A stretch of DNA of 64,000 nt from Eledone cirrhosa. Lineage: Eukaryota. Where the stretch lies: contig OZ024743.1 of assembly GCA_964016885.1 (NCBI GenBank), positions 180,296,001 through 180,360,000 on the forward strand, given 5' to 3'. Each line of letters opens with the position of its first letter. Within the stretch, counting starts at the first letter, position 1. The notes beneath the pieces are model-generated. The model saw only the letters and a program-made list of their open reading frames with translations. It searched no databases and had not been told where the DNA came from. The position numbers and the translations under genes were made by a program. This document shows positions 51,553 through 64,000 of the stretch, piece after piece.

Positions 51553-52540
51553 TCTATATATATAAAACTGTGGTTGTCTGTCTGTCTATCGATTTTTGGC
51601 ACACATCTCCTCTTAGAATCTCTCACGGAATTGCACCGAAATTGCTATACTTGTACATTGAGCCCTAGCGAAGACATCGGAAATAAAATAATTTCAAATT
51701 GACCCACCCTATGTGACGAAATCGAATATAATGTATCGATTTTTGAGCGTAAGTGATCAGTTATTTCCCTTTGTTCTGTTTACATTGAGCGTCTTACGTA
51801 AAAAATTACGCTGGCTTTCTCAGTCTTTGTTAATAAATAACCAGTGCAGTTTTTATCCCCAGCATCCTCTTTTGTTATAACATTCGGGTTATCGTTATGT
51901 TTTCTTAACTTCATAAGGCATATTGTTGGTTGAGGGAATATTAATCAAAAACACCACATGCAAGTCTGCACAGTAGACACTACAGTTTTTAAGCCAAAAA
52001 AGAAACTTAACATTGTAACTTTAACACAGCTACTGAGCGACCCCGTTTTGCTTCATTTCCATTTAAAAGCATTTTAAAACAATATTTTTACTTGAAAACA
52101 AGTCTATTTAAAGACTACGTAAAACAAGCAAATATTTCGTCGTTAGGCGTGCAGACAGACAGTCGTGCAGAGAGGTGATATAGGCGTGCAGACAGACAGT
52201 CGTGCAGAGAGGTGATATAGGCGTGCAGACAGACATAACTGATAATTTGGTTACGCTAATGTTTTTCTCTGCGTTGCAGTGTTTACATTTTCGATCTTTG
52301 TTAATAAATAACCAGTGCAGTTTCTATCCCCAGCATCCTCTTTTGTTATAACATTCGGGTTATCGTTATGTTTTCTTAACTTCATAAGGCATATTGTTGG
52401 TTGAGGGAATATTAATCAAAAACACCACATGCAAGTCTGCACAGTAGACACTACAGTTTTTAAGCCAAGAAAGAAACTTAACATTGTAACTTTAACACAG
52501 CTACTGAGCGACCCCGAGCAACGCCGGGCTTTACTGCTAG
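51553..52540 (+). mobile_element. Non-autonomous Helitron
   Basis: 5' TCTATATATATAAAA after an A. 3' hairpin CCCGAGCAACGCCGGG then CTAG followed by T. No TSD. Internal ~220-bp direct repeat and ~38-bp tandem units. Confidence 0.85.
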
Positions 52541-53224
52541 TTAACGATAAAGATACAGAAAAAATGACGTTTTCATAGTAAACATCTCAATGGGAGAAAT
52601 TTTTCTGGCTTATAAGTATTAGAGATTAATTAACCTTTAATTAATATTAAACTGCTCCTTAATTTGTCGAGCCGTACCAGGCGGTTTTTAGCTCCTATTT
52701 CTAGCGACATTATAAGCCTATCAAGTAATCCTAATATACACCATGCTGCCTCGGCAAATGAAGCAGTATGTATTATATCTTGTTCAATTTCTCTTAGCTC
52801 TTGAAGAGTATGGCGTATTCTTCAATTATTGGTGGTTCTAATAAGAATTCTTGCCCATACTAAAGCATGGTAGGGAGATCTATATATAAGCGACTTTAGC
52901 TAGAATACTTCTTTTGTCTATCTTGTTTGTAATCTCATAATTAGAGTTTATTCTCACTTGCTTCTTTGAGAGCTTCTCTCATTGAGTTGTTTAAGTATCC
53001 GAAACTAATTAACCTTTAATTAATATATATATATATATATTAAATGTATTATGATTTTTAGTGAAGCTTCTTACTCTAGACTTTCGGCTTTTTGTCACTT
53101 TAGAGTAACAAGAATCGGTATTTAGTCTTTTAGCCTTAATATACTGAATATTAAACTCGACTTCGGTATTGAGTACTCTCTTCTCTCAGCTGTCAACCAA
53201 ATACATATATGGTATATATATATT

Positions 53225-53306
<82 letters not shown>

Positions 53307-53832
53307 TGTGTACGTGTGTCTGTAAGAGTTTGTGTACGCGTGTATATTGATGGATACATAGATAAATATATAGAAAAATGTATATATCTATATATGGAAA
53401 ATATGACGAGAAAATGTGACATAACCTGTGAGGGAATTTCAGTTTGACTCTCGTAGATATTCAATAGAATACATTTAAATCTGAAGGAATGAGAAGCAGA
53501 TTTAGTGCCGAGGTCTATAATATAGACATTGATGGAATCCCGTAGGCAGTTCTGCCAGAGTTTTAGGACAAGCACACACACACACAAACATATATATGTA
53601 TATATTTATATGTGTGTGTGTGTGTGTTTGTGTGTCTGTGTGTGTGAGGTTGTGTGCGTGTTCATTTATATATATATACACCCATATATATATATGTTTG
53701 TGGGCGTCCGAAACGTTAAGAGTGGCATTATATCAAGCGTGAAACTAATATATATATCTTCATTGTACATCCGTGTTATTTCCGTTTACCTTTCACAGAC
53801 GCTCGTACTTACAGTCACACACACGCACGCAC

Positions 53833-54053
<221 letters not shown>

Positions 54054-54085
54054 ATGTGTGTGTGTCTATGTATATATATATATAT

Positions 54086-54953
54086 ATGAATTTGTTTTAA
54101 AAGATTTTTCATCTGAAATCGTGTGTTGAAACAAATATTGTTATATTTGGGGAGGGTCATATTGTAATAATATTGCCAGAAATAATAATAGAACACACTC
54201 ACTGTTTGGTTGGTTTTAGCTTCTGTATCTTTTATATCTCCATAGTTGGCAATCAATGTTTATCATTGTTTGATTGACGGTTAAAAATACAGATATAAAT
54301 ATATAAAATGCTCGGATCTATTCATTGGAATCTTTGAGCTTATTCTGCAGTGGATATGGTGCATGTCTCTCAGACATGACAACCCTTAATTTAATTTTGG
54401 ATATATAAACATATATATATATTTATAATTGTATATAGGAGAAAAATATACCAATACTGTGTGGTGTCTTTTACTAAAAGGGCAAAAAACGGTTCAGTAC
54501 TATATGAAAATACTAGACATGACGGTAATGTAGACAACATAGAAATTAAAATAATATCTAAGCATTAAAATGACTCTACAGGTAGGCAAATCAGAGAAAC
54601 GACTGAGAAAGAACTAAGAAAACCAAAGTTGAACAGAAGAAACGAATGGAATAACAACAAACATACCCAAACATACAATACTGACCTAAGGGAAATATAA
54701 ATAAATAAATGAATAAATAAATATATACACAATAACAACACACATAAACACACACTAGTAAACACAGATTGAATACAAAAACACATACACTCAAACACGA
54801 ACACACACGCAAACGCATGCGCAAGCAGAAACAGAGACAAGAATAAATAAATAAATAAATAAAATAAAAATGGCGTAGCCATTACAATACAACGGGAGGA
54901 AACATAATAGTACCACCGATGATGTCACAGATGTGTAACGAAAGAACTTTGAT

Positions 54954-55023
<70 letters not shown>

Positions 55024-55075
55024 TATCTGTATTTTTAACCGTTGGTCAATCAATGATAAACATTGATTATAACAA
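54086..55075. mobile_element. PLE-B family remnants: minus pLTR end with tail (54086..54295) and plus 3' ORF/pLTR fragment (54475..55075)
   Basis: Matches 11000..11760 (AAAAACGG.TCAGTACTATA.GAA, AATGGAATAACAACAA, AAAATGGCGTAG). Confidence 0.8.
54911..54954 (+). ncRNA. Decayed minimal hammerhead motif (core CCGAUGA)
   Basis: UACCA-CCGAUGA-U-GUCACA(GAUG)UGUAAC-GAAA-GAAC-UU-UGAUA; homologous to 11465. Confidence 0.55.
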
Positions 55076-55102
55076 TAACTATATATATATATATATATAA
55101 AA

Positions 55103-55159
<57 letters not shown>

Positions 55160-55664
55160 TGTGTATGTATGTGTGTGTCTGTGTGTATTATGTATGTATG
55201 TATATAAGCGTGGTGTGTGTGTGTCAAATAGGAATTTAATGAAAGGTTTTATAGTACAAAATACATTTAAACTCTATTGTTTTTATTTTAATATAATTAA
55301 TACGAGATTCACAATTGTTTTTGTTTTGGTATTCCATGATGAATAAAATGAGAAAAAATGTTTAAAGTTAGAAGAATAAAGAAAACATTTCCTAGTAAAA
55401 ACACTTGAACGAAATTCAAAGGTTTGATAAATGTCATGACATATCAATAAATTTTTAAATTATCGATAAACTTAGAACCAATAATGCATGACTAAAACAC
55501 ATAAATTCTGTAAAATATAATACCAATAAAATATAGTAATAAAGACAAGTCTTTACATGTGTTGATGTGCGATGTAAAGCGGAAAGTTTTGTCTCAGATT
55601 CACACTATCTCTTCAAAATGTCCTATCAATGAAAGAGCTGGCCATTTTTTCTTTCTATACACTT

Positions 55665-58600
55665 AATTCTGTTTATATGGGTATTATACAGCTAGTTCTG
55701 TATATACAGCGAGTTCTGTCTATACAGCTAGTTCTGTCAATACGGCTAGTTCTGTCTGTATGGCTAGTTCTGTCTATGGAGCTAGGTCTGTCTGTATGGC
55801 TAGTTCTGTGAATACAGTTCGTTCTGTCTATACAGCTAGTTCTGTCTATACAGCTAGTTCTGTCTATACGACTAGTTCTGTCTCTACAGCTAGTTCTGTC
55901 TATACAGCTAGTTCTGTCTATACAGCTAGTTCTGTCTATACAGCTAGTTCTGTCTCTACAGTTAGTTCTATCTATACAGCTAGTTCTGTCTATACAGTTA
56001 GTTCTGTCTATGTAGCTAGTTCTGTCTATACGACTAGTTCTGTCTATACAGCTAGTTCTGTCTATACAGCTAGTTCTGTCTATACAGCTAGTTCTGTCTA
56101 TACAGCTAGTTCTGTCTATACAGCTAGTTCTATCTATACAGCTAGTTCTATCTATACAGCTAGTTCTGTCTATACAGCTAGTTCTGTCTATACAGCTAGT
56201 TCTGTCTATATGGCTAGTTCTGTCTATACAGCTAGTTCTGTCTGTACAACTAGTTCTGTCTATACAGCTAGTTCTGTCTATACAGCTAGTTCTGTCTATA
56301 CAGCTAGTTCTGTCTATACAGCTAGTTCTGTCTATACAGCTAGTTCTGTCTATACAACTAGTTCTGTCCATACAGCTAGTTCTGTCTATACAGTTAGTTC
56401 TGTCTATGTAGCTAGTTCTATCTATACAGCTAGTTCTATCTATACAGCTAGTTCTATCTATACAGCTAGTTCTGTCTATACAGCTAGTTCTGTCTATACG
56501 ACTAGTTCTGTCTATACAGCTAGTTCTGTCTATACGACTAGTTCTGTCTATACAGATAGTTCTGTCTATACAGCTAGTTCTGTCTATACAGCTAATTCTA
56601 TCTATACAGCTAGTTCTGTCTATACAGCTAGTTCTGTCTATACAGCTAGTTCTGTCTATACAGCTAGTTCTGTCTATACAGCTAGTTCTGTCTATACAGC
56701 TAGTTCTGTCTATACAGCTAGTTCTGTCTATACAGCTAGTTCTGTCTATACAGATAGTTATGACTATACAGCTAGTTCTGTCTATACAGCTAGTTCTGTC
56801 TATACAGCTAGTTCTGTCTATACAGCTAGTTCTATCTATACAGCTAGTTCTGTCTATACAGCTAGTTCTGTCTATACAGCTAGTTCTGTCTATACAGCTA
56901 GTTCTGTCTATACAGCTAGTTCTGTCTATACAGCTAGTTCTGTCTATACAGCTAGTTCTGTCTATACAGCTAGTTCTGTCTATACGACTAGTTCTGTCTA
57001 TACAGCTAGTTCTGTCTATACAGCTAGTTCTGTCTATACAGCTAGTTCTATCTATACAGCTAGTTCTGTCTATACAGCTAGTTCTGTCTATACAGCTAGT
57101 TCTGTCTATACAGCTAGTTCTGTCTATACAGCTAGTTCTGTCTATACAGCTAGTTCTGTCTATACAGCTAGTTCTGTCTATACAGCTAGTTCTGTCTATG
57201 GAGCTAGTTCTGTCTATACAGCTAGTTCTGTCTATACAGCTAGTTCTGTCTATACAGCTAGTTCTGTCTATACAGCTAGTTCTGTCTATACGACTAGTTC
57301 TGTCTATACAGCTAGTTCTGTCTATACAGCTAGTTCTGTCTATACGACTAGTTCTGTCTGTATGGCTAGTTCTGTCTATACAGCTAGTTCTGTCTATACA
57401 GCTAGTTCTGTCTATACAGCTAGTTCTGTCTATACAGCTAGTTCTGTCTATACGACTAGTTCTGTCTATACAGCTAGTTCTGTCTATACAGCTAGTTCTG
57501 TCTATACAGCTAGTTCTGTCTATACAGCTAGTTCTGTCTATACGACTAGTTCTGTCTATACAGCTAGTTCTGTCTATACGACTAGTTCTGTCTATACAGC
57601 TAGTTCTATCTATACAGCTAGTTCTGTCTATACAGCTAGTTCTGTCTATACAGCTAGTTCTGTCTATACAGCTAGTTCTGTCTATACGACTAGTTCTGTC
57701 TATACAGCTAGTTCTGTCTATACAGCTAGTTCTGTCTATACAGCTAGTTCTGTCTATACAGCTAGTTCTGTCTATACGACTAGTTCTGTCTATACAGCTA
57801 GTTCTGTCTATACGACTAGTTCTGTCTATACAGCTAGTTCTATCTATACAGCTAGTTCTGTCTATACAGCTAGTTCTGTCTATACAGCTAGTTCTGTCTA
57901 TACAGCTAGTTCTGTCTATACGACTAGTTCTGTCTATACAGCTAGTTCTGTCTATACGACTAGTTCTGTCTATACAGCTAGTTCTATCTATACAGCTAGT
58001 TCTGTCTATACAGCTAGTTCTGTCTCTACAGCTAGTTCTGTCTATACGACTAGTTCTGTCTATACAGCTAGTTCTGTCTATACAGCTAGTTCTGTCTATA
58101 CAGCTAGTTCTGTCTATACAGCTAGTTCTGTCTATACGACTAGTTCTGTCTATACAGCTAGTTCTGTCTATACGACTAGTTCTGTCTATACAGCTAGTTC
58201 TATCTATACAGCTAGTTCTGTCTATACAGCTAGTTCTATCTATACAGCTAGTTCTATCTATACAGCTAGTTCTGTCTATACAGCTAGTTCTGTCTATACG
58301 ACTAGTTCTGTCTATACAGCTAGTTCTGTCTATACGACTAGTTCTGTCTATACAGCTAGTTCTGTCTATACGACTAGTTCTGTCTCTACAGCTAGTTCTG
58401 TCTATACAGCTAGTTCTGTCTATACAGCTAGTTCTGTCTATACAGCTAGTTCTATCTATACAGCTAGTTCTGTCTATACAGCTAGTTCTGTCTATACAGC
58501 TAGTTCTGTCTATACGACTAGTTCTGTCTCTACAGCTAGTTCTGTCTCTACAGCTAGTTCTGTCTATACAGCTAGTTCTGTCTATACAGCTAGTTCTGTC

Positions 58601-61600
58601 TATACAGCTAGTTCTATCTATACAGCTAGTTCTGTCTATACAGCTAGTTCTGTCTGTATGGCTAGTTCTGTCTATACAGCTAGTTCTGTCTATACAGCTA
58701 GTTCTGTCTATACAGCTAGTTCTGTCTATACAGCTAGTTCTGTCTATACAGCTAGTTCTGTCTATACAGCTAGTTCTGTCTATACGACTAGTTCTGTCTC
58801 TACAGCTAGTTCTGTCTATACAGCTAGTTCTGTCTATACAGCTAGTTCTGTCTATACAGCTAGTTCTGTCTATACAGCTAGTTCTGTCTATACAGCTAGT
58901 TCTGTCTATACAGCTAGTTCTGTCTATACAGCTAGTTCTGTCTATACAGCTAGTTCTATCTATACAGCTAGTTCTGTCTATACAGCTAGTTCGGTCTATA
59001 CGACTAGTTCTGTCTATACAGCTAGTTCTGTCTATACAGTTAGTTCTGTCTATACAGCTAGTTCTGTCTATACAGCTAGTTCTGTCTCTACAGCTAGTTC
59101 TGTCTATACAGTTCGTTCTGACTATACAGCTAGTTCTGTCTATACAGCTAGTTCTGTCTATACAGCTAGTTCTGTCTATACAGTTAGTTCTGTCTATACA
59201 GCTAGTTCTATCTATACAGCTAGTTCTATCTATACAGCTAGTTCTGTCTATACAGCTAGTTCTGTCTATACAGCTAGTTCTATCTATACAGCTAGTTCTG
59301 TCTATACAGCTAGTTCTGTCTATACAGCTAGTTCTGTCTATACGACTAGTTCTGTCTATACAGCTAGTTCTGTCTATACAGTTAGTTCTGTCTGTACAGC
59401 TAGTTCTGTCTATACAGCTAGTTCTGTCTATACAGCTAGTTCTGTCTATACGACTAGTTCTGTCTATACAGCTAGTTCTGTCTATACAGCTAGTTCTGTC
59501 TATACAGCTAGTTCTGTCTCTACAGCTAGTTCTGTCTATACGACTAGTTCTGTCTATACAGCTAGTTCTGTCTATACAGCTAGTTCTGTCTATACAGTTA
59601 GTTCTGTCTGTATGGCTAGTTCTGTCTATACAGCTAGTTCTGTCTATACAGCTAGTTCTGTCTATACAGTTAGTTCTGTCTGTATGGCTAGTTCTGTCTA
59701 TACAGCTAGTTCTGTCTATACAGCTAGTTCTGTCTATACAGCTAGTTCTGTCTATACAGCTAGTTCTGTCTATACAGCTAGTTCTGTCTATACAGCTAGT
59801 TCTGTCTATACGACTAGTTCTGTCTATACAGCTAGTTCTGTCTATACAGCTAGTTCTGTCTATACAGCTAGTTCTGTCTATACAGCTAGTTCTGTCTATA
59901 CAGCTAGTTCTATCTATACAGCTAGTTCTGTCTATACAGCTAGTTCTGTCTATACAGCCTAGTTCTGTCTATACAGCTAGTTCTGTCTATACAGCTAGTT
60001 CTGTCTATACAGCTAGTTCTGTCTATACAGCTAGTTCTGTCTATACAGCTAGTTCTGTCTATGGAGCTAGTTCTGTCTATACAGCTAGTTCTGTCTATAC
60101 AGCTAGTTCTGTCTATACAGCTAGTTCTGTCTATACAGCTAGTTCTGTCTATACGACTAGTTCTGTCTATACAGCTAGTTCTGTCTATACAGCTAGTTCT
60201 GTCTATACGACTAGTTCTGTCTGTATGGCTAGTTTCTGTCTATACAGCTAGTTCTGTCTATACAGCTAGTTCTGTCTATACAGCTAGTTCTGTCTATACA
60301 GCTAGTTCTGTCTATACGACTAGTTCTGTCTATACAGCTAGTTCTGTCTATACAGCTAGTTCTGTCTATACAGCTAGTTCTGTCTATACAGCTAGTTCTG
60401 TCTATACGACTAGTTCTGTCTATACAGCTAGTTCTGTCTATACGACTAGTTCTGTCTATACAGCTAGTTCTATCTATACAGCTAGTTCTGTCTATACAGC
60501 TAGTTCTGTCTATACAGCTAGTTCTGTCTATACAGCTAGTTCTGTCTATACGACTAGTTCTGTCTATACAGCTAGTTCTGTCTATACAGCTAGTTCTGTC
60601 TATACAGCTAGTTCTGTCTATACAGCTAGTTCTGTCTATACGACTAGTTCTGTCTATACAGCTAGTTCTGTCTATACGACTAGTTCTGTCTATACAGCTA
60701 GTTCTATCTATACAGCTAGTTCTGTCTATACAGCTAGTTCTGTCTATACAGCTAGTTCTGTCTATACAGCTAGTTCTGTCTATACGACTAGTTCTGTCTA
60801 TACAGCTAGTTCTGTCTATACGACTAGTTCTGTCTATACAGCTAGTTCTATCTATACAGCTAGTTCTGTCTATACAGCTAGTTCTGTCTCTACAGCTAGT
60901 TCTGTCTATACGACTAGTTCTGTCTATACAGCTAGTTCTGTCTATACAGCTAGTTCTGTCTATACAGCTAGTTCTGTCTATACAGCTAGTTCTGTCTATA
61001 CGACTAGTTCTGTCTATACAGCTAGTTCTGTCTATACGACTAGTTCTGTCTATACAGCTAGTTCTATCTATACAGCTAGTTCTGTCTATACAGCTAGTTC
61101 TATCTATACAGCTAGTTCTATCTATACAGCTAGTTCTGTCTATACAGCTAGTTCTGTCTATACGACTAGTTCTGTCTATACAGCTAGTTCTGTCTATACG
61201 ACTAGTTCTGTCTATACAGCTAGTTCTGTCTATACGACTAGTTCTGTCTCTACAGCTAGTTCTGTCTATACAGCTAGTTCTGTCTATACAGCTAGTTCTG
61301 TCTATACAGCTAGTTCTATCTATACAGCTAGTTCTGTCTATACAGCTAGTTCTGTCTATACAGCTAGTTCTGTCTATACGACTAGTTCTGTCTCTACAGC
61401 TAGTTCTGTCTCTACAGCTAGTTCTGTCTATACAGCTAGTTCTGTCTATACAGCTAGTTCTGTCTATACAGCTAGTTCTATCTATACAGCTAGTTCTGTC
61501 TATACAGCTAGTTCTGTCTATACAGCTAGTTCTGTCTATACAGCTAGTTCTGTCTATACGACTAGTTCTGTCTCTACAGCTAGTTCTGTCTATACAGCTA

Positions 61601-64000
61601 GTTCTGTCTATACAGCTAGTTCTGTCTATACAGCTAGTTCTGTCTATACAGCTAGTTCTGTCTATACAGCTAGTTCTGTCTATACAGCTAGTTCTGTCTA
61701 TACAGCTAGTTCTGTCTATACAGCTAGTTCTATCTATACAGCTAGTTCTGTCTATACAGCTAGTTCGGTCTATACGACTAGTTCTGTCTATACAGCTAGT
61801 TCTGTCTATACAGTTAGTTCTGTCTATACAGCTAGTTCTGTCTATACAGCTAGTTCTGTCTCTACAGCTAGTTCTGTCTATACAGTTCGTTCTGACTATA
61901 CAGCTAGTTCTGTCTATACAGCTAGTTCTGTCTATACAGCTAGTTCTGTCTATACAGTTAGTTCTGTCTATACAGCTAGTTCTATCTATACAGCTAGTTC
62001 TATCTATACAGCTAGTTCTGTCTATACAGCTAGTTCTGTCTATACAGCTAGTTCTATCTATACAGCTAGTTCTGTCTATACAGCTAGTTCTGTCTATACA
62101 GCTAGTTCTGTCTATACGACTAGTTCTGTCTATACAGCTAGTTCTGTCTATACAGTTAGTTCTGTCTGTACAGCTAGTTCTGTCTATACAGCTAGTTCTG
62201 TCTATACAGCTAGTTCTGTCTATACGACTAGTTCTGTCTATACAGCTAGTTCTGTCTATACAGCTAGTTCTGTCTATACAGCTAGTTCTGTCTCTACAGC
62301 TAGTTCTGTCTATACGACTAGTTCTGTCTATACAGCTAGTTCTGTCTATACAGCTAGTTCTGTCTATACAGTTAGTTCTGTCTGTATGGCTAGTTCTGTC
62401 TATACAGCTAGTTCTGTCTATACAGCTAGTTCTGTCTATACAGTTAGTTCTGTCTGTATGGCTAGTTCTGTCTATACAGCTAGTTCTGTCTATACAGCTA
62501 GTTCTGTCTATACAGCTAGTTCTGTCTATACAGCTAGTTCTGTCTATACAGCTAGTTCTGTCTATACAGCTAGTTCTGTCTATACGTCTAGTTCTGTCTA
62601 TACAGCTAGTTCTGTCTATACAGCTAGTTCTGTCTATACAGCTAGTTCTGTCTATACGTCTAGTTCTGTCTATACGTCTAGTTCTGTCTATACAGCTAGT
62701 TCTGTCTATACAGCTAGTTCTGTCTATACAGCTAGTTCTGTCTATACAGCTAGTTCTGTCTATACAGCTAGTTCTGTCTATACAGCTAGTTCTGTCTGTA
62801 TGGCTAGTTCTGTCTATACAGCTAGTTCTGTCTATACAGCTAGTTCTGTCTATACAGCTAGTTCTGTCTATACGACTATTTCTGTCTATACAGCTAGTTC
62901 TGTCTATACAGCTAGTTCTGTCTATACAGCTAGTTCTGTCTATACAGCTAGTTCTGTCTATACAGCTAGTTCTGTCTATACAGCTAGTTCTGTCTATACA
63001 GCTAGTTCTGTCTATACAGCTAGTTATGTCTATACAGCTAGTTCTGTCTATACAGCTAGTTCTGTCTATACAGCTAGTTCTGTCTATACAGCTAGTTCTG
63101 TCTATACAGCTAGTTCTGTCTATACAGCTAGTTCTGTCTATACAGCTAGTTCTGTCTATACAGCTAGTTCTGTCTATACAGCTAGTTCTATCTATACAGC
63201 TAGTTCTGTCTATACAGCTAGTTCTGTCTATACAGCTAGTTCTGTCTATACAGCTAGTTCTGTCTATACAGCTAGTTCTGTCTATACAGCTAGTTCTGTC
63301 TATACAGCTAGTTATGTCTATACAGCTAGTTCTATCTATACGACTAGTTCTGTCTATACAGCTAGTTCTGTCTATACAGCTAGTTCTGTCTATACAGCTA
63401 GTTCTGTCTATACAGCTAGTTCTGTCTATACAGCTAGTTCTGTCTATACAGCTAGTTCTGTCTATACGTCTAGTTCTGTCTATACGTCTAGTTCTGTCTA
63501 TACAGCTAGTTCTGTCTATACAGCTAGTTCTGTCTATACAGCTAGTTCTGTCTGTATGGCTAGTTCTGTCTATACAGCTAGTTCTGTCTATACAGCTAGT
63601 TCTCTCTATACAGTTAGTTCTGTCTATACAGCTAGTTCTGTCTATACAGCTAGTTCTGTCTATACGTCTAGTTCTGTCTATACAGCTAGTTCTGTCTATA
63701 CAGCTAGTTCTGTCTATACAGCTAGTTCTGTCTATACGTCTAGTTCTGTCTATACGTCTAGTTCTGTCTATACAGCTAGTTCTGTCTATACAGCTAGTTC
63801 TGTCTATACAGCTAGTTCTGTCTGTATGGCTAGTTCTGTCTATACAGCTAGTTCTGTCTATACAGCTAGTTCTGTCTATACAGCTAGTTCTGTCTATACA
63901 GCTAGTTCTGTCTATACAGCTAGTTCTGTCTATACAGCTAGTTCTGTCTATACAGCTAGTTCTGTCTATACGTCTAGTTCTGTCTATACAGCTAGTTCTG
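55665..64000. repeat. 18-bp tandem satellite (CTAGTTCTGTCTATACAG)n, roughly 460 units, running off the window
   Basis: Read directly; recurrent variants ACGACTAG, TCTATC, TCTCTAC, GTATGGCT, ACGTCTAG. Confidence 0.98.

Noticed and set aside
55673-60251. 1400-aa (YTASSV)n, 1163-aa (IQLVLS)n and (IDRTSC)n ORFs
   Set aside because: Stop-free frames of an 18-bp satellite; open in several frames with no unique domain.
55665-64000. CRISPR-like array
   Set aside because: Contiguous tandem units with no unique spacers, eukaryotic context and no cas genes.

Overview
Eukaryotic, AT-rich, microsatellite-dense repeat landscape with no intact host gene that I can support. The SINE families and microsatellite style suggest a coleoid cephalopod such as Octopus (inference only). 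The window is dominated by Penelope-like retroelements (PLEs; RT plus C-terminal GIY-YIG) from several families. Nearly all sit in (TA)n runs and form inverted (foldback) or partial-tandem structures. It also holds a Tx1/L1 LINE, an R4/Dong-type RLE LINE 3' end, RTE LINEs (one a clean twin-primed inversion with an 11-bp TSD), a Chapaev3-type DNA transposon (TAA TSD), a non-autonomous Helitron, many tRNA-derived SINEs and an 8.3-kb 18-bp satellite with a ~2.8-kb higher-order duplication. The main hidden signal, read by eye, is about 16 hammerhead-ribozyme motifs from about 8 sequence families. They are type I cores with tiny or palindromic stem III. Four families carry very long (85-105 nt), internally folded stem II inserts, and several are arranged back-to-back in palindromes so both strands encode a ribozyme. 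No ribozyme activity or database match was tested.
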